A DNA stretch of 64,000 nucleotides from a virus. The number at the start of each line of letters is the position of its first letter. Position 1 is the first letter of the stretch. Shown here in pieces: positions 42,579 through 54,613 of the stretch. The notes below the pieces were generated by a model. The model did no database searches. It was not told the origin of the DNA and worked only from the letters and a program-made list of their open reading frames with translations. The stretch covers positions 1 to 64,000 of IMG/VR virus record IMGVR_UViG_3300037553_000311. One strand, written 5' to 3'. The position numbers and the translations under genes are program-made.

Positions 42579-42899
42579 TGTGGATTCTCTCCTAGTTGTA
42601 ATAAAGTATTAATTGTTATAGCCTTATAGCTATATAATAAAGTATATGAGTATTATACGCAACCTATATGATTAACTAACTTAGCTAGGTAGGTACTTAT
42701 TTTTAAGTATCAGTAGAAGTGCCATCTCAACAACTTTCAGGTATATATTAAGATAGTAGTATAGGATATTAAGAGTGGTTCTTAGTATCTAAGTAGTACC
42801 TAGTCTTTAGTTCCTAGGTTGAAAAGAACGATGAGTTAGTGCGTAAACTTACCAGTACAACTACTGGGCTGATAACGCATACAAGTACCTTAGGAGGGT

Positions 42900-43127
42900 A
42901 TGAATATGAAATATCAAATCAAGATAGAAACTGGCAATGACGTGATCGACATCAATATTGAGATGAGTTTAAAAGAAGCAATCGCCCTATCACGGGAATC
43001 TGAAGCGGTTATATACCGCTTCTGCAAAGAGTCTGATATCAAGATTACCGACATCGGTGAGCTCTTCAGTACTGCCATGTCGAAACTGAAGGAACGCATG
43101 AAGCGTTCCTCCTCCTCCAAAGAGTAG
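42900..43127 (+). CDS. Small early protein
   Basis: Promoter at 42735; same ccttaggagggtATGAATATGAAA start block as the propeller genes; hairpin and T-tract at 43132-43190. Confidence 0.7.
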   Translation: MNMKYQIKIETGNDVIDINIEMSLKEAIALSRESEAVIYRFCKESDIKITDIGELFSTAMSKLKERMKRSSSSKE

Positions 43128-43360
43128 TACCTCCCCCCAACTTATCTAGTAGTATTAGATAAGTTGGGGGTTACTACTTTATTATTTTTTTATAATAACT
43201 ATTCATAGCTACTAGACTAGGTTATATAGTGAAATTATTTATCATAGAACCTCATAATCTTATAGATCAGGTAGTATATCGAGTAGTGTCTGATATGCTA
43301 TCTAATCACTAGATCAGGTGTCTGTTTTTTGTAATCTAATAATACACGGAGAATGTAATC

Positions 43361-44710
43361 ATGTCGCTACTAACTAGTCTAAATAATAAAGATCTATCTC
43401 TAGGTAGATTTAGCCTTAACACTGGAACTCATTTTGATATAGCTACTGGTAAGTTCATCCCAGGTAAGGTGAAAAATAAATCCACTATGATACTCAATGG
43501 TGGATTAGCTATGACTAACGCTATCACTGGTAGAGAACAAACATTTAAGTCATCTGTAGCTATAGGGTATTTTGTTAGAGCTATCAAGAACTACGAGAAA
43601 TCTATTGGTGTAGTATATGATTCAGAGATATCCATAGCTGGAGTCGAACGAGTTATCCAATTAGGTGGAGCTGATCCGTTACCTAACGATCCGTTGTATG
43701 ATCGCATTGAACTTTTCGATAAGACTCATGCTGACTTAGGTCAAGTATTTAAAGTAGTGCAAGATATAGCACGTAATAAAGAAAAGCATCGTAAAGATCT
43801 CATAGAAGAGACACCATTTATAGATCGTCACGGTAAGTTCTTAAAGGCATGGCGACCTACTTTAGTATTGATTGATAGCTTCTCAGCAGGTGAATTCACT
43901 AAGCAAGCTGAAGTATTTGAACAATATACAGTAGGTGATGCTAAAACTAATACAGTATATATGGGTGACGGTAATGCTAAAACTCAGTTCATGAGTCAGC
44001 TACCAGCATTAGCAGCTAAAGGTATCTACTTTATATTGACAGCCCATATAGGTGATAAGATCAAGATGGACCCATATGCTGCTAGTAATAAAGACTTACC
44101 ACATATGAGAGGATCAGATCATATCAAGCGAGTAGGTACACAATTCACATTCCAGTCTAATAATCTACTAGAGACTAGAAAGGTAGGTATACTCCAAGAT
44201 ACTAATAAGAAATGTCAATACCCTCACGATTCAGGTTCACCTGTTGAGCTACAAGAGATAATTTCTATAATATGTCGTTGTAAGAATAATGTATCTGGCT
44301 CTATCGTACATCATATCAGTTCTCAGTATTATGGGATACAGGAGTACTTGGAATACTTTAATCTCATCAAGAATAGTAAGACGTCATTAATGTCAGGTAC
44401 TCTCACGTACAAGTTAGGATTTGGTGATTGGGAATTTAACCGTAAGAATATTAGACAGCTCATTAAAGATGATTATGAGTTTCGTAGGACATTAGAGATA
44501 CTAGGACAGTTTTTATATATACGTAATAACTGGAACTTACCTGAAGTATCATCGATTGGATATGTTGAGTTCTGTAAGAAGCTTACAGAGGCTAATAGTA
44601 AATCATCTGATATAATTAACAGTACTGGAATCTGGTCATTTAATGCAGATAAACAAGACCGTAGTTATATGTCTATATTAGACATAGTAGCTCTGATCAA
44701 TCAAAAATAA
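43361..44710 (+). CDS. uvsX: UvsX/RecA-like recombinase
   Basis: TGREQTFKS Walker A, YDSE, LIDSFS Walker B, CKNN. Confidence 0.78.
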   Translation: MSLLTSLNNKDLSLGRFSLNTGTHFDIATGKFIPGKVKNKSTMILNGGLAMTNAITGREQTFKSSVAIGYFVRAIKNYEKSIGVVYDSEISIAGVERVIQLGGADPLPNDPLYDRIELFDKTHADLGQVFKVVQDIARNKEKHRKDLIEETPFIDRHGKFLKAWRPTLVLIDSFSAGEFTKQAEVFEQYTVGDAKTNTVYMGDGNAKTQFMSQLPALAAKGIYFILTAHIGDKIKMDPYAASNKDLPHMRGSDHIKRVGTQFTFQSNNLLETRKVGILQDTNKKCQYPHDSGSPVELQEIISIICRCKNNVSGSIVHHISSQYYGIQEYLEYFNLIKNSKTSLMSGTLTYKLGFGDWEFNRKNIRQLIKDDYEFRRTLEILGQFLYIRNNWNLPEVSSIGYVEFCKKLTEANSKSSDIINSTGIWSFNADKQDRSYMSILDIVALINQK

Positions 44711-44722
44711 GATGGAGTAGTT

Positions 44723-46582
44723 ATGTTCATATTGCAGAATAATATCCCACTGACTAAAGTTGGGTCAGTATATAAGTATAATTTAGGATTTGAGACATTA
44801 GTAGTAACTGATCCATCATTAGTGATTGATAGATTGAACTACAGAATAGATCGGACTATCGGTCTGAGTCGTAGTTATGATCACATGATGAACCTTAATA
44901 TATCAGCTAAGGTATCTATCACATCCGATCCATTTGAATATACATGTACTAGTGATACTACCAGATTATTAGCTATCGAACAGATAGTCTCTCATGATGG
45001 TGAGATCATAGATATCGCATCTAACGTAGGTACTGTAGAGTATCACACATATAGTATCAAGTCGAATGATATATATGGTAGTGAAATAGCTGGAGCACTT
45101 ATCAATGTCACTGTACCAGAAGACGCTACAGATATCATATTGACAGTGACATCTACTCTGACTAATGATACAGGTACTACTGAACATGTCACATATCTAT
45201 CTACAGGTGAGGTAGCTACTGGTACTGGAGGTACTGGGGCTACTGGAGCTACTGGAGCTACTGGAGCCGATGGGAGAGATGGAATAGATGGAATAGATGG
45301 AATAGATGGAATAGATGGAGTCGATGGGAGAGATGGAGTCGATGGTGCTGATGGTGCTGATGGAATAGATGGAATAGGTGGAGTGGGAGCATTACCACCG
45401 ACTGCACCATTACTAGATATCCCATTCAAGATTAATATGGATACTTCCCAAGGTAATATAGTAACTAATTATATCAGAAATTCACCAGCTACTCACATTG
45501 ACCGGTATGGTATGATGATAAGTAGTGATGTAAATACACCAAGATTTACTAAAAATGGGATGATGCGTGAAGGTGTCGGTACTAACTATTTTCTTAATAG
45601 TAACTCACTTAACGCATATACACTAACTAACGCTACTCAGTCAATCGGCTATGATAGTGTATTAGCTATAGATGTAACTAACGTAGATAAAGACGGACAA
45701 TCACCTTGGACATTAGATGCTGATACTACATTACCTATCAGTGATCATACTGATGTGACATATAGTGTCAGATTACGTACAAGTGATCCATTATCTGTAG
45801 AGATGCAGATATTAGATGATGCCGGTGTAGTACTAGCTTCATCTATAATCACTACTAGTGATACGACCGAATTATATACAGTATCAGCAGATATATCTAA
45901 TATATCATCAGGTACTGTATCAGTGAAGCTCATTCCAGATAGTAATTCATCAGTATCTCGATTAGTAGTAGCTACATCTCAAGTGGAACCATTACCATTT
46001 GTATCTAGTTTCATACTTACTACTGATACACACATGACTCGTGAAATGGAATCGATCGTTATCAGTTATGATGATAATTTCCCTAGTAATGATCATGGTG
46101 TCACTGTACTCCTCGATGTATATATTAGAGGTACGTTACCATCACTAGATTCATGCTTCACATCAGGTAGTCTATCTATGTATATATCAGATCATGGTAG
46201 TAGTGTTCCTGTAGCTAAAGCTGCCATATCGGAAACTGATAGTACAGGTACATATCCTATTAATAATAAACTTAGAATGGGAGTAGTATATGATCCAGAT
46301 AATAATCTACTACAGTTATATGTAGATGGTGTAATTGTCGATACTACAAACATCACAGGTGATACTGATGTACCATTAGGTTCTGGGATGTCTCTTAGTG
46401 ATTTCTTTACTCAGGTCTATGATGGTAGTTATACTGATGATACATCTCCAGTACTATTACAGGGTAATGTTGACTTTCAATCAGCATTACTTATGATAGG
46501 TTCAGAGTTTACATTTATGGAATTTAGTAACTTAAGAGTAATATCTGAAGTATGTAGTGAAGTACAGATGATGAATTTATAA
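44723..46582 (+). CDS. Tail-fibre-like protein with collagen-like Gly-X-Y repeat and C-terminal lectin/LamG-like region
   Basis: (GAT)n(GID)n run at ~45215-45390; RNSPATHID...PRF...EGVGTNY; LYVDGV. Confidence 0.65.
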   Translation: MFILQNNIPLTKVGSVYKYNLGFETLVVTDPSLVIDRLNYRIDRTIGLSRSYDHMMNLNISAKVSITSDPFEYTCTSDTTRLLAIEQIVSHDGEIIDIASNVGTVEYHTYSIKSNDIYGSEIAGALINVTVPEDATDIILTVTSTLTNDTGTTEHVTYLSTGEVATGTGGTGATGATGATGADGRDGIDGIDGIDGIDGVDGRDGVDGADGADGIDGIGGVGALPPTAPLLDIPFKINMDTSQGNIVTNYIRNSPATHIDRYGMMISSDVNTPRFTKNGMMREGVGTNYFLNSNSLNAYTLTNATQSIGYDSVLAIDVTNVDKDGQSPWTLDADTTLPISDHTDVTYSVRLRTSDPLSVEMQILDDAGVVLASSIITTSDTTELYTVSADISNISSGTVSVKLIPDSNSSVSRLVVATSQVEPLPFVSSFILTTDTHMTREMESIVISYDDNFPSNDHGVTVLLDVYIRGTLPSLDSCFTSGSLSMYISDHGSSVPVAKAAISETDSTGTYPINNKLRMGVVYDPDNNLLQLYVDGVIVDTTNITGDTDVPLGSGMSLSDFFTQVYDGSYTDDTSPVLLQGNVDFQSALLMIGSEFTFMEFSNLRVISEVCSEVQMMNL

Positions 46583-46645
46583 CACACTATCCTACTTGAT
46601 CACACTAATGTTAGTGTGATCAAGTAGTCTCTCTTTTTTTTAGAT

Positions 46646-48262
46646 TTAGAGTAGTGCTTCTAAGTAACTAGCTTTAGTTATTACATGATATGCGTTTTTA
46701 TTAGTCATTACGCTAATAAAATTTCTACCACCTTCAGTCAACTCACCATATATGGTATTATTAGTTTCACCAGCAGCTATAGCAAATGCTTGGTTTAGAT
46801 GTATAGACCAACCACGATCAATAGTATTCATCTCATTAAACCCTGGATCAGTGGTGCTAAAATCTCGATATGTTGAATGAGCTTCTCGTAATGATGTACC
46901 GTCGTTATGAGCTAACCCGACTACACCGATTATATATTTATCATAAGCTACTGTCATCATCTCTAAAGTAGAGTTGAGAACTAATTCAGATGTTACTATA
47001 TCTACTTTAGTTTTTAAATTGATATAATCTGTAATAGATGGGTGGATATCGGTATTGGTCAATTGTGTGATATCATCATATAGCGGTATCAGGTAGTACT
47101 GATTCACAACGAACAATTCAGGAAAACGTGATTTCCATACTGGTAGACTACCTAATCCACTATCTATGAGTAAATTTATTATAACTTGTCTAGCTTCTAT
47201 AAAGTTTAGCTCTCTACCACGGTACATTATGTTAAATGTAAGGTACCTTGATTGGTTATCAAATACATGTAATGTAGTGAATGTTTGCATACCAGATTGA
47301 TCATCGGTAGTAAGGCCAGGTACTAGAATATTATTAGCTGTAGATCTAGATAAGATAGCTGAATCAAATGGATCGGATAGATGAGATGGATCTAATAATG
47401 TCTCTAATGGTAATGGTGGTACGACTGAGAGTACAGTGAAAAGAGGATAATCGTTCCTAAATGGAGCTCTACCAAACCATGCAGTCAACTCTAGTATTTC
47501 ACCACCTTTATCGAATGAGAAAGTACCCCAGCTAGGAACATGTCTATGTAAGTTTACATCGTCATGTACATGTAAGATATCACATGTATTAGATATATCT
47601 ATTGAGCTTGCAACATACCCAGTAAATGATACATCTGATGTAAGTACATTATCGATATCGACTAAGGTATCATCTGGAATAGTACCATAGTTCAGGTACT
47701 CGATGATATTGAATAGGTACTCTTTATCTTGTTCAGTGAGACTCTCAATGAGAGTTATCTCAGATGCTTCCAGTTTAGTATGATCAAATGTGAGATTGTA
47801 TTTACGATTAGATGTTATGACTACAGGTGTAGATAGTAATGTCTCATTAGCCATTCCAACTAATGTAGTATTATCATATACCATCTTAGGATGTACATCA
47901 TTTACATCATCATATAACGTAGCATATGACCAAGCTGTGACAGCGTCAGTTAGTGAATCATATTGCATCATCGTTACTGTAAATGGATCAGCGATATTAC
48001 CGTAGCTATCGATGATATCAGGTATCATCAGATTACCTATTGTGGTATCATCATTATTGTGAAAAGATTGTCTATATACGATAGGTAATCTTTGAGTTCT
48101 AGTATCTGTAAACTCAATAGGTTGAACCATATGTTCAATCATTTCACGATCAAGGTAGCCACATGGGATAGTTGTAGTTTCTAGATTTAATAAGGTGATG
48201 TTGGGATCAAATACTGATCCATCAGATACGAAGCTATGAATTGCCATAAGAGTTATCTCCAT
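46646..48262 (-). CDS. Probable virion structural protein
   Basis: 538-aa ORF within the structural block. Confidence 0.5.
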   Translation of the reverse strand: MEITLMAIHSFVSDGSVFDPNITLLNLETTTIPCGYLDREMIEHMVQPIEFTDTRTQRLPIVYRQSFHNNDDTTIGNLMIPDIIDSYGNIADPFTVTMMQYDSLTDAVTAWSYATLYDDVNDVHPKMVYDNTTLVGMANETLLSTPVVITSNRKYNLTFDHTKLEASEITLIESLTEQDKEYLFNIIEYLNYGTIPDDTLVDIDNVLTSDVSFTGYVASSIDISNTCDILHVHDDVNLHRHVPSWGTFSFDKGGEILELTAWFGRAPFRNDYPLFTVLSVVPPLPLETLLDPSHLSDPFDSAILSRSTANNILVPGLTTDDQSGMQTFTTLHVFDNQSRYLTFNIMYRGRELNFIEARQVIINLLIDSGLGSLPVWKSRFPELFVVNQYYLIPLYDDITQLTNTDIHPSITDYINLKTKVDIVTSELVLNSTLEMMTVAYDKYIIGVVGLAHNDGTSLREAHSTYRDFSTTDPGFNEMNTIDRGWSIHLNQAFAIAAGETNNTIYGELTEGGRNFISVMTNKNAYHVITKASYLEALL

Positions 48263-48517
48263 TATTGTGATATATTAAATGAACAAGGTATCATTATAAA
48301 TGATATAGTGGTAGTGATGCTTGAAATCATATTACCACTATACTATTATGAGTATGTCACTGTAAGTATATGTACTCATAATTATAAGAAGTACTAAGCA
48401 TGAATGATCTGTCACTGGTCTTTGACTATCTTCCATATGGGAGTGAAATTGAGTTACAGGCTAATATCTGTAGTGAATCTTGAAAATAATCTTAATATCA
48501 TCACTAGGAGTACATAT

Positions 48518-50122
48518 ATGCCTACATTAGATACGTTAATACCAGAAAGTGCTAAACAGATAGTTAATCCTATCTCAGAATTGATAAGTAGACGAATCAT
48601 ACGTTCATTAGGTTTGACAGAATTATTTAAGGGTAACCTATTTATCTATACTACCGGAAACGATTCATCTAAATTTAAAGATAGCTCTGGTAATGTTAGA
48701 GTCTCTAAGAATAGATGTGATGTCACAGTAGAGCCTAATTATAATCCTAACGATACAATCTTTGATACGTTTACTACTAAAGATAAAGATATCCACATGG
48801 GTTCTAATAGAGGTCTATTTGGAGAAACTCCAATATTGCGAGATAAGCGACCTAATGTATATCTCTATGAAGTATCTGTACCATGCTCAGTTGAGCTCAA
48901 ATTCAAGATGAAACTCAAATCAGTAGAACTAGCTGACCTAGTATCTACATCGATATATGCTAAAGCGATGTCATCATCTACTATATATAATTACAACGAT
49001 GTGGAGTATAATTACCCACTAGCTGATAGACTCATCATGATGCTATATAAGGTATATAAGTTACAGGATGATTTAACTATGACATTCCAAGAGTATCTCA
49101 AGATAGCTAGTGGTGATGCTATTAGAATATTAGTAAATAGACATCAGCTAGACTCTGGTAATAAGGAGCTAGTGATATATCGAGAGATGACTAATGTATT
49201 AGGAGTACTAGATTACTCAGCAGATCCACCAGATGAAGATGAGCGTAATAATAAAGTAGTAGATAGGTACTCAGTGGAGTTTAACTATAAGTTCCAATTT
49301 AGTAAACCATCACTACTACGTTTGAAGTTCCCAATTATGATAAATAATCAGTTATTCGGTAGCTCATTGATAAAGAAAGCATATACACATAATGATCCAG
49401 ATAAGGTAAGGACACATCCTAATTCGGTCATCAATGAATTCTTTATGAGTAAGAATCAAGTAGTGAGTTTAAAGAAAGCATATCCTCTCACTAGGTATCC
49501 AGATTACGATGATTGGAATCATACTCCAGCTATGCATCATCGTTACGCTAATCAATATCAGTCAGTATTTAAAGGTATCCTAGCTGTAGAGGTAGATCCT
49601 AATGATGCAACATTATCATTAGGTGTAGATATACCTAATGACATCTACCCACTATTACCTACTGAATTAGCTAATGCTATAGATGAATTAACTACATTAG
49701 AAGATAAGATCAATGTCTTAAAGCGTGAGAGTATATTCAACATAGCTATCTTTAGTAATGATAATCTCATGACTTATGATAATATCAATATCACTGATGA
49801 TCTAGTCTTATCTGTAATAGACAGAATATCAATTACTAAGGTATATCGGATAGTGATATCACTCGTAGTAGATATTACTATACTAGATGCTAAGTATATA
49901 TATTACATGTTAAACAACCCAGACTACTATGTCAGTTATCTTGAATATTTCGCTCAGTATCTGGAACGTCATGGGTACATTACCATCACTAATAATAGTA
50001 TCACTGGGGACGAACAGCTATATCTACCAGCTACATATCAACAAGGTCCTACATTAGGAGCTCGTCATGGATATGGTAGATCGATAGTACTAAATAATAT
50101 TACAATAAACACCAGTAGATAG
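48518..50122 (+). CDS. Probable virion/baseplate protein
   Basis: AGGAG RBS before Met at 48518; operon with the next three genes. Confidence 0.55.
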   Translation: MPTLDTLIPESAKQIVNPISELISRRIIRSLGLTELFKGNLFIYTTGNDSSKFKDSSGNVRVSKNRCDVTVEPNYNPNDTIFDTFTTKDKDIHMGSNRGLFGETPILRDKRPNVYLYEVSVPCSVELKFKMKLKSVELADLVSTSIYAKAMSSSTIYNYNDVEYNYPLADRLIMMLYKVYKLQDDLTMTFQEYLKIASGDAIRILVNRHQLDSGNKELVIYREMTNVLGVLDYSADPPDEDERNNKVVDRYSVEFNYKFQFSKPSLLRLKFPIMINNQLFGSSLIKKAYTHNDPDKVRTHPNSVINEFFMSKNQVVSLKKAYPLTRYPDYDDWNHTPAMHHRYANQYQSVFKGILAVEVDPNDATLSLGVDIPNDIYPLLPTELANAIDELTTLEDKINVLKRESIFNIAIFSNDNLMTYDNINITDDLVLSVIDRISITKVYRIVISLVVDITILDAKYIYYMLNNPDYYVSYLEYFAQYLERHGYITITNNSITGDEQLYLPATYQQGPTLGARHGYGRSIVLNNITINTSR

Positions 50123-50130
50123 GAGAGCAT

Positions 50131-51594
50131 ATGCCATTAGTAAAATTGACAGATAGAGATGATCCATCTACCAGATTAGGATCTAGTCAGCAAGTGATAG
50201 AATCTAAACACATAGATACCGCAGTAAAGAATACATTCATTAATCGAACAGCTATATCTCCTGATACATATGGAGATATATTTGGCGCAATATTGACATA
50301 CCCAGAAGGAGTAGAAGTCACTGTAGAGTATTATAAGCGTAGAATACCATATATCAATAAGCAAACTGGAGATCACAGTTTCTCATTAGAACGAGCTGCT
50401 GTACATTCTAGCTATGACTTAATTAAACAGCTACAATTCAGGATAAAGGATGAGTTAAATATAGAGATAGATCCTAATAGTACTGAGACTAAAATAGATG
50501 GTGAATGTATCATGTATCCTGGTCTCTCACCTAACGTAGGAGATATATTTTACCTCAATCTACCAGATGATAATATCGGCGTATTCATAGTAGATCTAGT
50601 AACACCATTATCTATTAGGAAAGGTACTAATTACCTTATCAACTTTCACCTATATGCATTCTTAGATGACACTATTCATGATAAGCTTGAATCATCTGTA
50701 GTAGATGTATTATACTTTGATAAGCAGAAGTACTTTGATGAGAATGTTACCTTACTCAGTGATGACTCATATCATCAGCTAGTAAAACTCAAGAATACTA
50801 GATCTAAGCTAATCAATCTCATGATGTCTCAGTTTCATGATACATATGAGAAGACATTGATACGATCAGATACGTTATATGATCCATACCTGGTAAAGTT
50901 CATGACTGATAAAGTATCAGTACATGATACTAAGAGGGATATATGTCAAATAGCTCCTACTTACTTAGATATATTCCCTAATACTATCTGGTCAGCTCTC
51001 ATTGATAATAGTCTTACTCACCTAGATATCACATCACATCGATATGTGAAGTATAACTTTTACCTATGGGATGTAACTATATCTAATCTAGATGAACAAC
51101 CAATAGTATTCTTACATGGTGAAGACTTTAAAGAGAAAGAAGATAGGATACAGGATATCGGATTTGCAGATAGACCAGTGACAGATAAGTACTTAAGTTA
51201 TCATTTCTCATCTAACCTGTACTATGCACTGATTCATGCATTTGAGACATCTCCTATAACTAATATATCAGATCATTTAGGTGATATAGATAGTGATACA
51301 CGATATACTAATCACCTCTATGATACTGCATATTCATTAGTAACTAAACAGTATGAGCCATTAGAGTACTTTTATACATGTGGTATCACATTAGGATCTA
51401 ATAACGATATAGGCTTATCTGAGTTTGAATACCTCATATATGATAAGCTGATTAATGATAATGTAGATATTCCATTCTTAGTAGATGATGTACTCAGTAC
51501 TTTCCCGTTTACTCATCTCACTGATAATGATAAATTCTACTATATCCCAGTACTGATACATCTATCTGATGTAGCTATACGTAGACTAACATAA
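50131..51594 (+). CDS. Probable virion structural protein
   Basis: AGGAG RBS; EG..VTVEYY, YPG..PNVGD and YDPYL resemble phiKZ virion proteins (recall). Confidence 0.55.
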   Translation: MPLVKLTDRDDPSTRLGSSQQVIESKHIDTAVKNTFINRTAISPDTYGDIFGAILTYPEGVEVTVEYYKRRIPYINKQTGDHSFSLERAAVHSSYDLIKQLQFRIKDELNIEIDPNSTETKIDGECIMYPGLSPNVGDIFYLNLPDDNIGVFIVDLVTPLSIRKGTNYLINFHLYAFLDDTIHDKLESSVVDVLYFDKQKYFDENVTLLSDDSYHQLVKLKNTRSKLINLMMSQFHDTYEKTLIRSDTLYDPYLVKFMTDKVSVHDTKRDICQIAPTYLDIFPNTIWSALIDNSLTHLDITSHRYVKYNFYLWDVTISNLDEQPIVFLHGEDFKEKEDRIQDIGFADRPVTDKYLSYHFSSNLYYALIHAFETSPITNISDHLGDIDSDTRYTNHLYDTAYSLVTKQYEPLEYFYTCGITLGSNNDIGLSEFEYLIYDKLINDNVDIPFLVDDVLSTFPFTHLTDNDKFYYIPVLIHLSDVAIRRLT

Positions 51595-51604
51595 GGAGGA
51601 GATC

Positions 51605-52048
51605 ATGGGTTATTATGGTCACGATATTCATACCACATTGAGTGGTTTTATTAATGGAGTACCTTATCCATGCGAACTACCTCTATATTACTTTGATGAT
51701 CTAGAAAGTATGACTAATGGTAAGATAAAGAATGTATCTAAGGTAGATGTAGATGCTAGAGTCAGATCTAGAGTCACTATATCAGCTATGATAGATATGG
51801 TCGATAGGACTATACCATTTAGGATACTCAAAGATGATGATATCATCACTATATATGAGTACCTCAATGAGTATGTACATGAGATGGATAAGTATCTTGA
51901 TGTACCTGATGTAGCTGACTACTCTAGGAAGTCTAAGGTATTTGTAACTATGCTTAAGCGATCTATCCGTATCATATCTAAGTATAATAAGAGAGCTAAA
52001 GCTATCTACCTGGATGAAACCTTTATGCAAAAGATGCTAGGTAAATGA
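51605..52048 (+). CDS. Conserved hypothetical protein
   Basis: AGGAGG RBS; operon context. Confidence 0.6.
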   Translation: MGYYGHDIHTTLSGFINGVPYPCELPLYYFDDLESMTNGKIKNVSKVDVDARVRSRVTISAMIDMVDRTIPFRILKDDDIITIYEYLNEYVHEMDKYLDVPDVADYSRKSKVFVTMLKRSIRIISKYNKRAKAIYLDETFMQKMLGK

Positions 52049-52055
52049 GGTCATT

Positions 52056-53402
52056 ATGTTATTAGCAACTAGTATGTTAGTAGAGCAGTTAAATCGTATC
52101 ATCGGTATTGATAGATCTAACATATACTCTATGAACTTGACACTAAAGAACTATGATGATCCAGAGTTCATAATAGATAAGATAGTAGTAGACAAACTAA
52201 GACATAAGCAATTGTTCAATGTCAACGTAACTGATGATATACAAGTCACTGCTAACCTATTCCCAGATGATTTATTAAAGATAGTGAATCTACAATCTAA
52301 CCTCTATGCTGAGATAGTAATCGAATATGTAGATAGAGATACATTCGATATCATACTGGAAGAAGAACCTAAGATATATAGATATGGTGTATTTATCCAT
52401 GAGCTAGAAGATATATCAAAACGCATCGGTATCCAAGGATTGACTCAAGTTAATAAAGGTGCTGAAAAAGATCTCACTAAGGGCTCTCATGTATCTAGGA
52501 CATACCCTATCAATTTCCAACTCATATCGGAGACGAACTACGCAGTAAATAAACAAATGTTTAATGGACTCATCACTGATATCACAATGAGTAAAGCTAT
52601 AATGTATATAGCGTCAGTACTAGGTATCAAAAAGATCAACATGATCCCACCACATAACACTACTCAATATAAGCATATCCATATACCACCAAATATGAGT
52701 TCATATAAAGTCATATTTGATTACTTGCAAACTAAGTTCGGTATCTATGATAAAGGATTATCATACTACTACACTGACGAAGTACTCTACCTCTATCCAG
52801 CATATGATACTGAAATAGAGAGACCTGATAAGCTAAAGATAGTCAAAGTGAGTCCTAGTACATATAGTGGACTCAATAACTATCATGACCTACAAGGTAA
52901 AGTACTCACTATCGTATCTAATACTGACATAGAACATACTACCATGTCTAATGTAGCTATGGAGAATGAAGGATCTAATAAAGTATATGCATCATCAGAT
53001 AGGATGCTAGATGGTCAAGTAGATCCAAAGACCATGACTATAAGTGATACTTGTCTAACTATATCTAATAATAAATCTCACTCCATAGTGAAGAACTCAG
53101 CTATACCTTCATATGAAGAACCCACTAATAACATCTTCACTAAGTTATCTAGTCTAGCTATGGGTAATGCTGAAATGATTACGCTAGGGTGGAACATGGC
53201 TAGGTTATATATGTTAAAACCTGGTACACCGATCGAGTATATCTATGATGGTGAAGATCAAGTCATGATGAAATCTGGTATATTAGAAGCTATCACATAT
53301 ACTACAATGCTACAGTTACGTAAGAATGATCAATTTGTATATACTACTCTAGCTACACTGATGGTGCGATTAAGTACCGATAGTGAAGTATACATTGCAT
53401 AA
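52056..53402 (+). CDS. Probable baseplate hub-like protein
   Basis: YLQTKFGIYDKG..YY...LYLYP and LKPGTP patterns; 448 aa. Confidence 0.5.
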   Translation: MLLATSMLVEQLNRIIGIDRSNIYSMNLTLKNYDDPEFIIDKIVVDKLRHKQLFNVNVTDDIQVTANLFPDDLLKIVNLQSNLYAEIVIEYVDRDTFDIILEEEPKIYRYGVFIHELEDISKRIGIQGLTQVNKGAEKDLTKGSHVSRTYPINFQLISETNYAVNKQMFNGLITDITMSKAIMYIASVLGIKKINMIPPHNTTQYKHIHIPPNMSSYKVIFDYLQTKFGIYDKGLSYYYTDEVLYLYPAYDTEIERPDKLKIVKVSPSTYSGLNNYHDLQGKVLTIVSNTDIEHTTMSNVAMENEGSNKVYASSDRMLDGQVDPKTMTISDTCLTISNNKSHSIVKNSAIPSYEEPTNNIFTKLSSLAMGNAEMITLGWNMARLYMLKPGTPIEYIYDGEDQVMMKSGILEAITYTTMLQLRKNDQFVYTTLATLMVRLSTDSEVYIA

Positions 53403-53449
53403 GCACTCATCCATAGCATACCTATCTGGTATGCTATGGATGATGTATA

Positions 53450-54613
53450 TTACATAATTAGTGAATCTAACTTCTCTTTTATCCTATCTCTAATGAATGG
53501 GTTACTTGTAGATTGCCAAAACTTAGTATTGAGTAACCTACCTATCTCTATCTCTAATATCTTCTTTAACTGTTCAGATCTAGTAGCACCTGGTTGTAAC
53601 TTATATATATTCACTAGTAATGATAGTATCGGATACTGTTGGATGAAATTGAGATAATAATACTGACGATTAGTATTGAGTACGTAATGATCATCTCTCA
53701 TATTTTGTATCTCAGCTAATAGACTAGTACCATGTCCTACCAGTAATGAGTTCACTAACTGATCTGGTTTCATAGTACCCGATATGACATTATCTATGAG
53801 TAGAGTGACTTCGTCTATAGCTTTATCTATATTAGCTCTAGCAAAGAAAGTCCTATCGCCATAGATGAGTTTACACTTATCAAATATGTAATCCTTATCT
53901 ATAAGCTTACCGAGTACTATATCTTCTATTATATTAATAAACCACCTCTTAGATACATCATATAAGATAGGTAATATGCAATATGAATATATGAATGGGT
54001 AGTTATTAGATGTGATATCCTTATTATTCTTATTCAGTATCTTATACTTAGTATAGAGCATGAGTAGATCAGTCAAGTTGATTCCGAACATAGCTTCTAT
54101 CGGTGGACTGATTTCATAACGTAATCTAGTAGCAGTATTATCTAACCGCATCTCAGACGTATCCATCATCAAATTACTCAATGGTCTAATCTTACCCCAT
54201 GTAATCATAGAGTCACTACCTAGTGGTAATGGATCTAATATATCATACCTACTAGTGATGAGTACGTATTCAGTAGTGGACATAAACTCATTATAACAGA
54301 AAGCATTCTCTCTTATGATATCTTTCTTGATGTACTCTGAATACGCTGGTCCAGATAGTTCCTTCTGGATACGTACAAATCGCTCCATGTCATTATTAAA
54401 CTTAGTCAAGTGACGTATATCAGCTCTCACTATTAAGCTATTGATAATATCTATACCTTTAGATGGTATCGGATCAGTAATCGTCCTAGCATTACGTCTT
54501 ATTATATTAGTAACGCCTTTGTGTAAATGACTTAGATACTTTTCAGTCCTTGGTAGCTTAATGACACCGACACCTGATATCTTACTTAAAAAGCGTTTTA
54601 ATGTAATGAGCAT
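53450..54613 (-). CDS. Probable virion structural protein
   Basis: Long ORF; likely start MLITLK after an AAGGA RBS. Confidence 0.5.
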   Translation of the reverse strand: MLITLKRFLSKISGVGVIKLPRTEKYLSHLHKGVTNIIRRNARTITDPIPSKGIDIINSLIVRADIRHLTKFNNDMERFVRIQKELSGPAYSEYIKKDIIRENAFCYNEFMSTTEYVLITSRYDILDPLPLGSDSMITWGKIRPLSNLMMDTSEMRLDNTATRLRYEISPPIEAMFGINLTDLLMLYTKYKILNKNNKDITSNNYPFIYSYCILPILYDVSKRWFINIIEDIVLGKLIDKDYIFDKCKLIYGDRTFFARANIDKAIDEVTLLIDNVISGTMKPDQLVNSLLVGHGTSLLAEIQNMRDDHYVLNTNRQYYYLNFIQQYPILSLLVNIYKLQPGATRSEQLKKILEIEIGRLLNTKFWQSTSNPFIRDRIKEKLDSLIM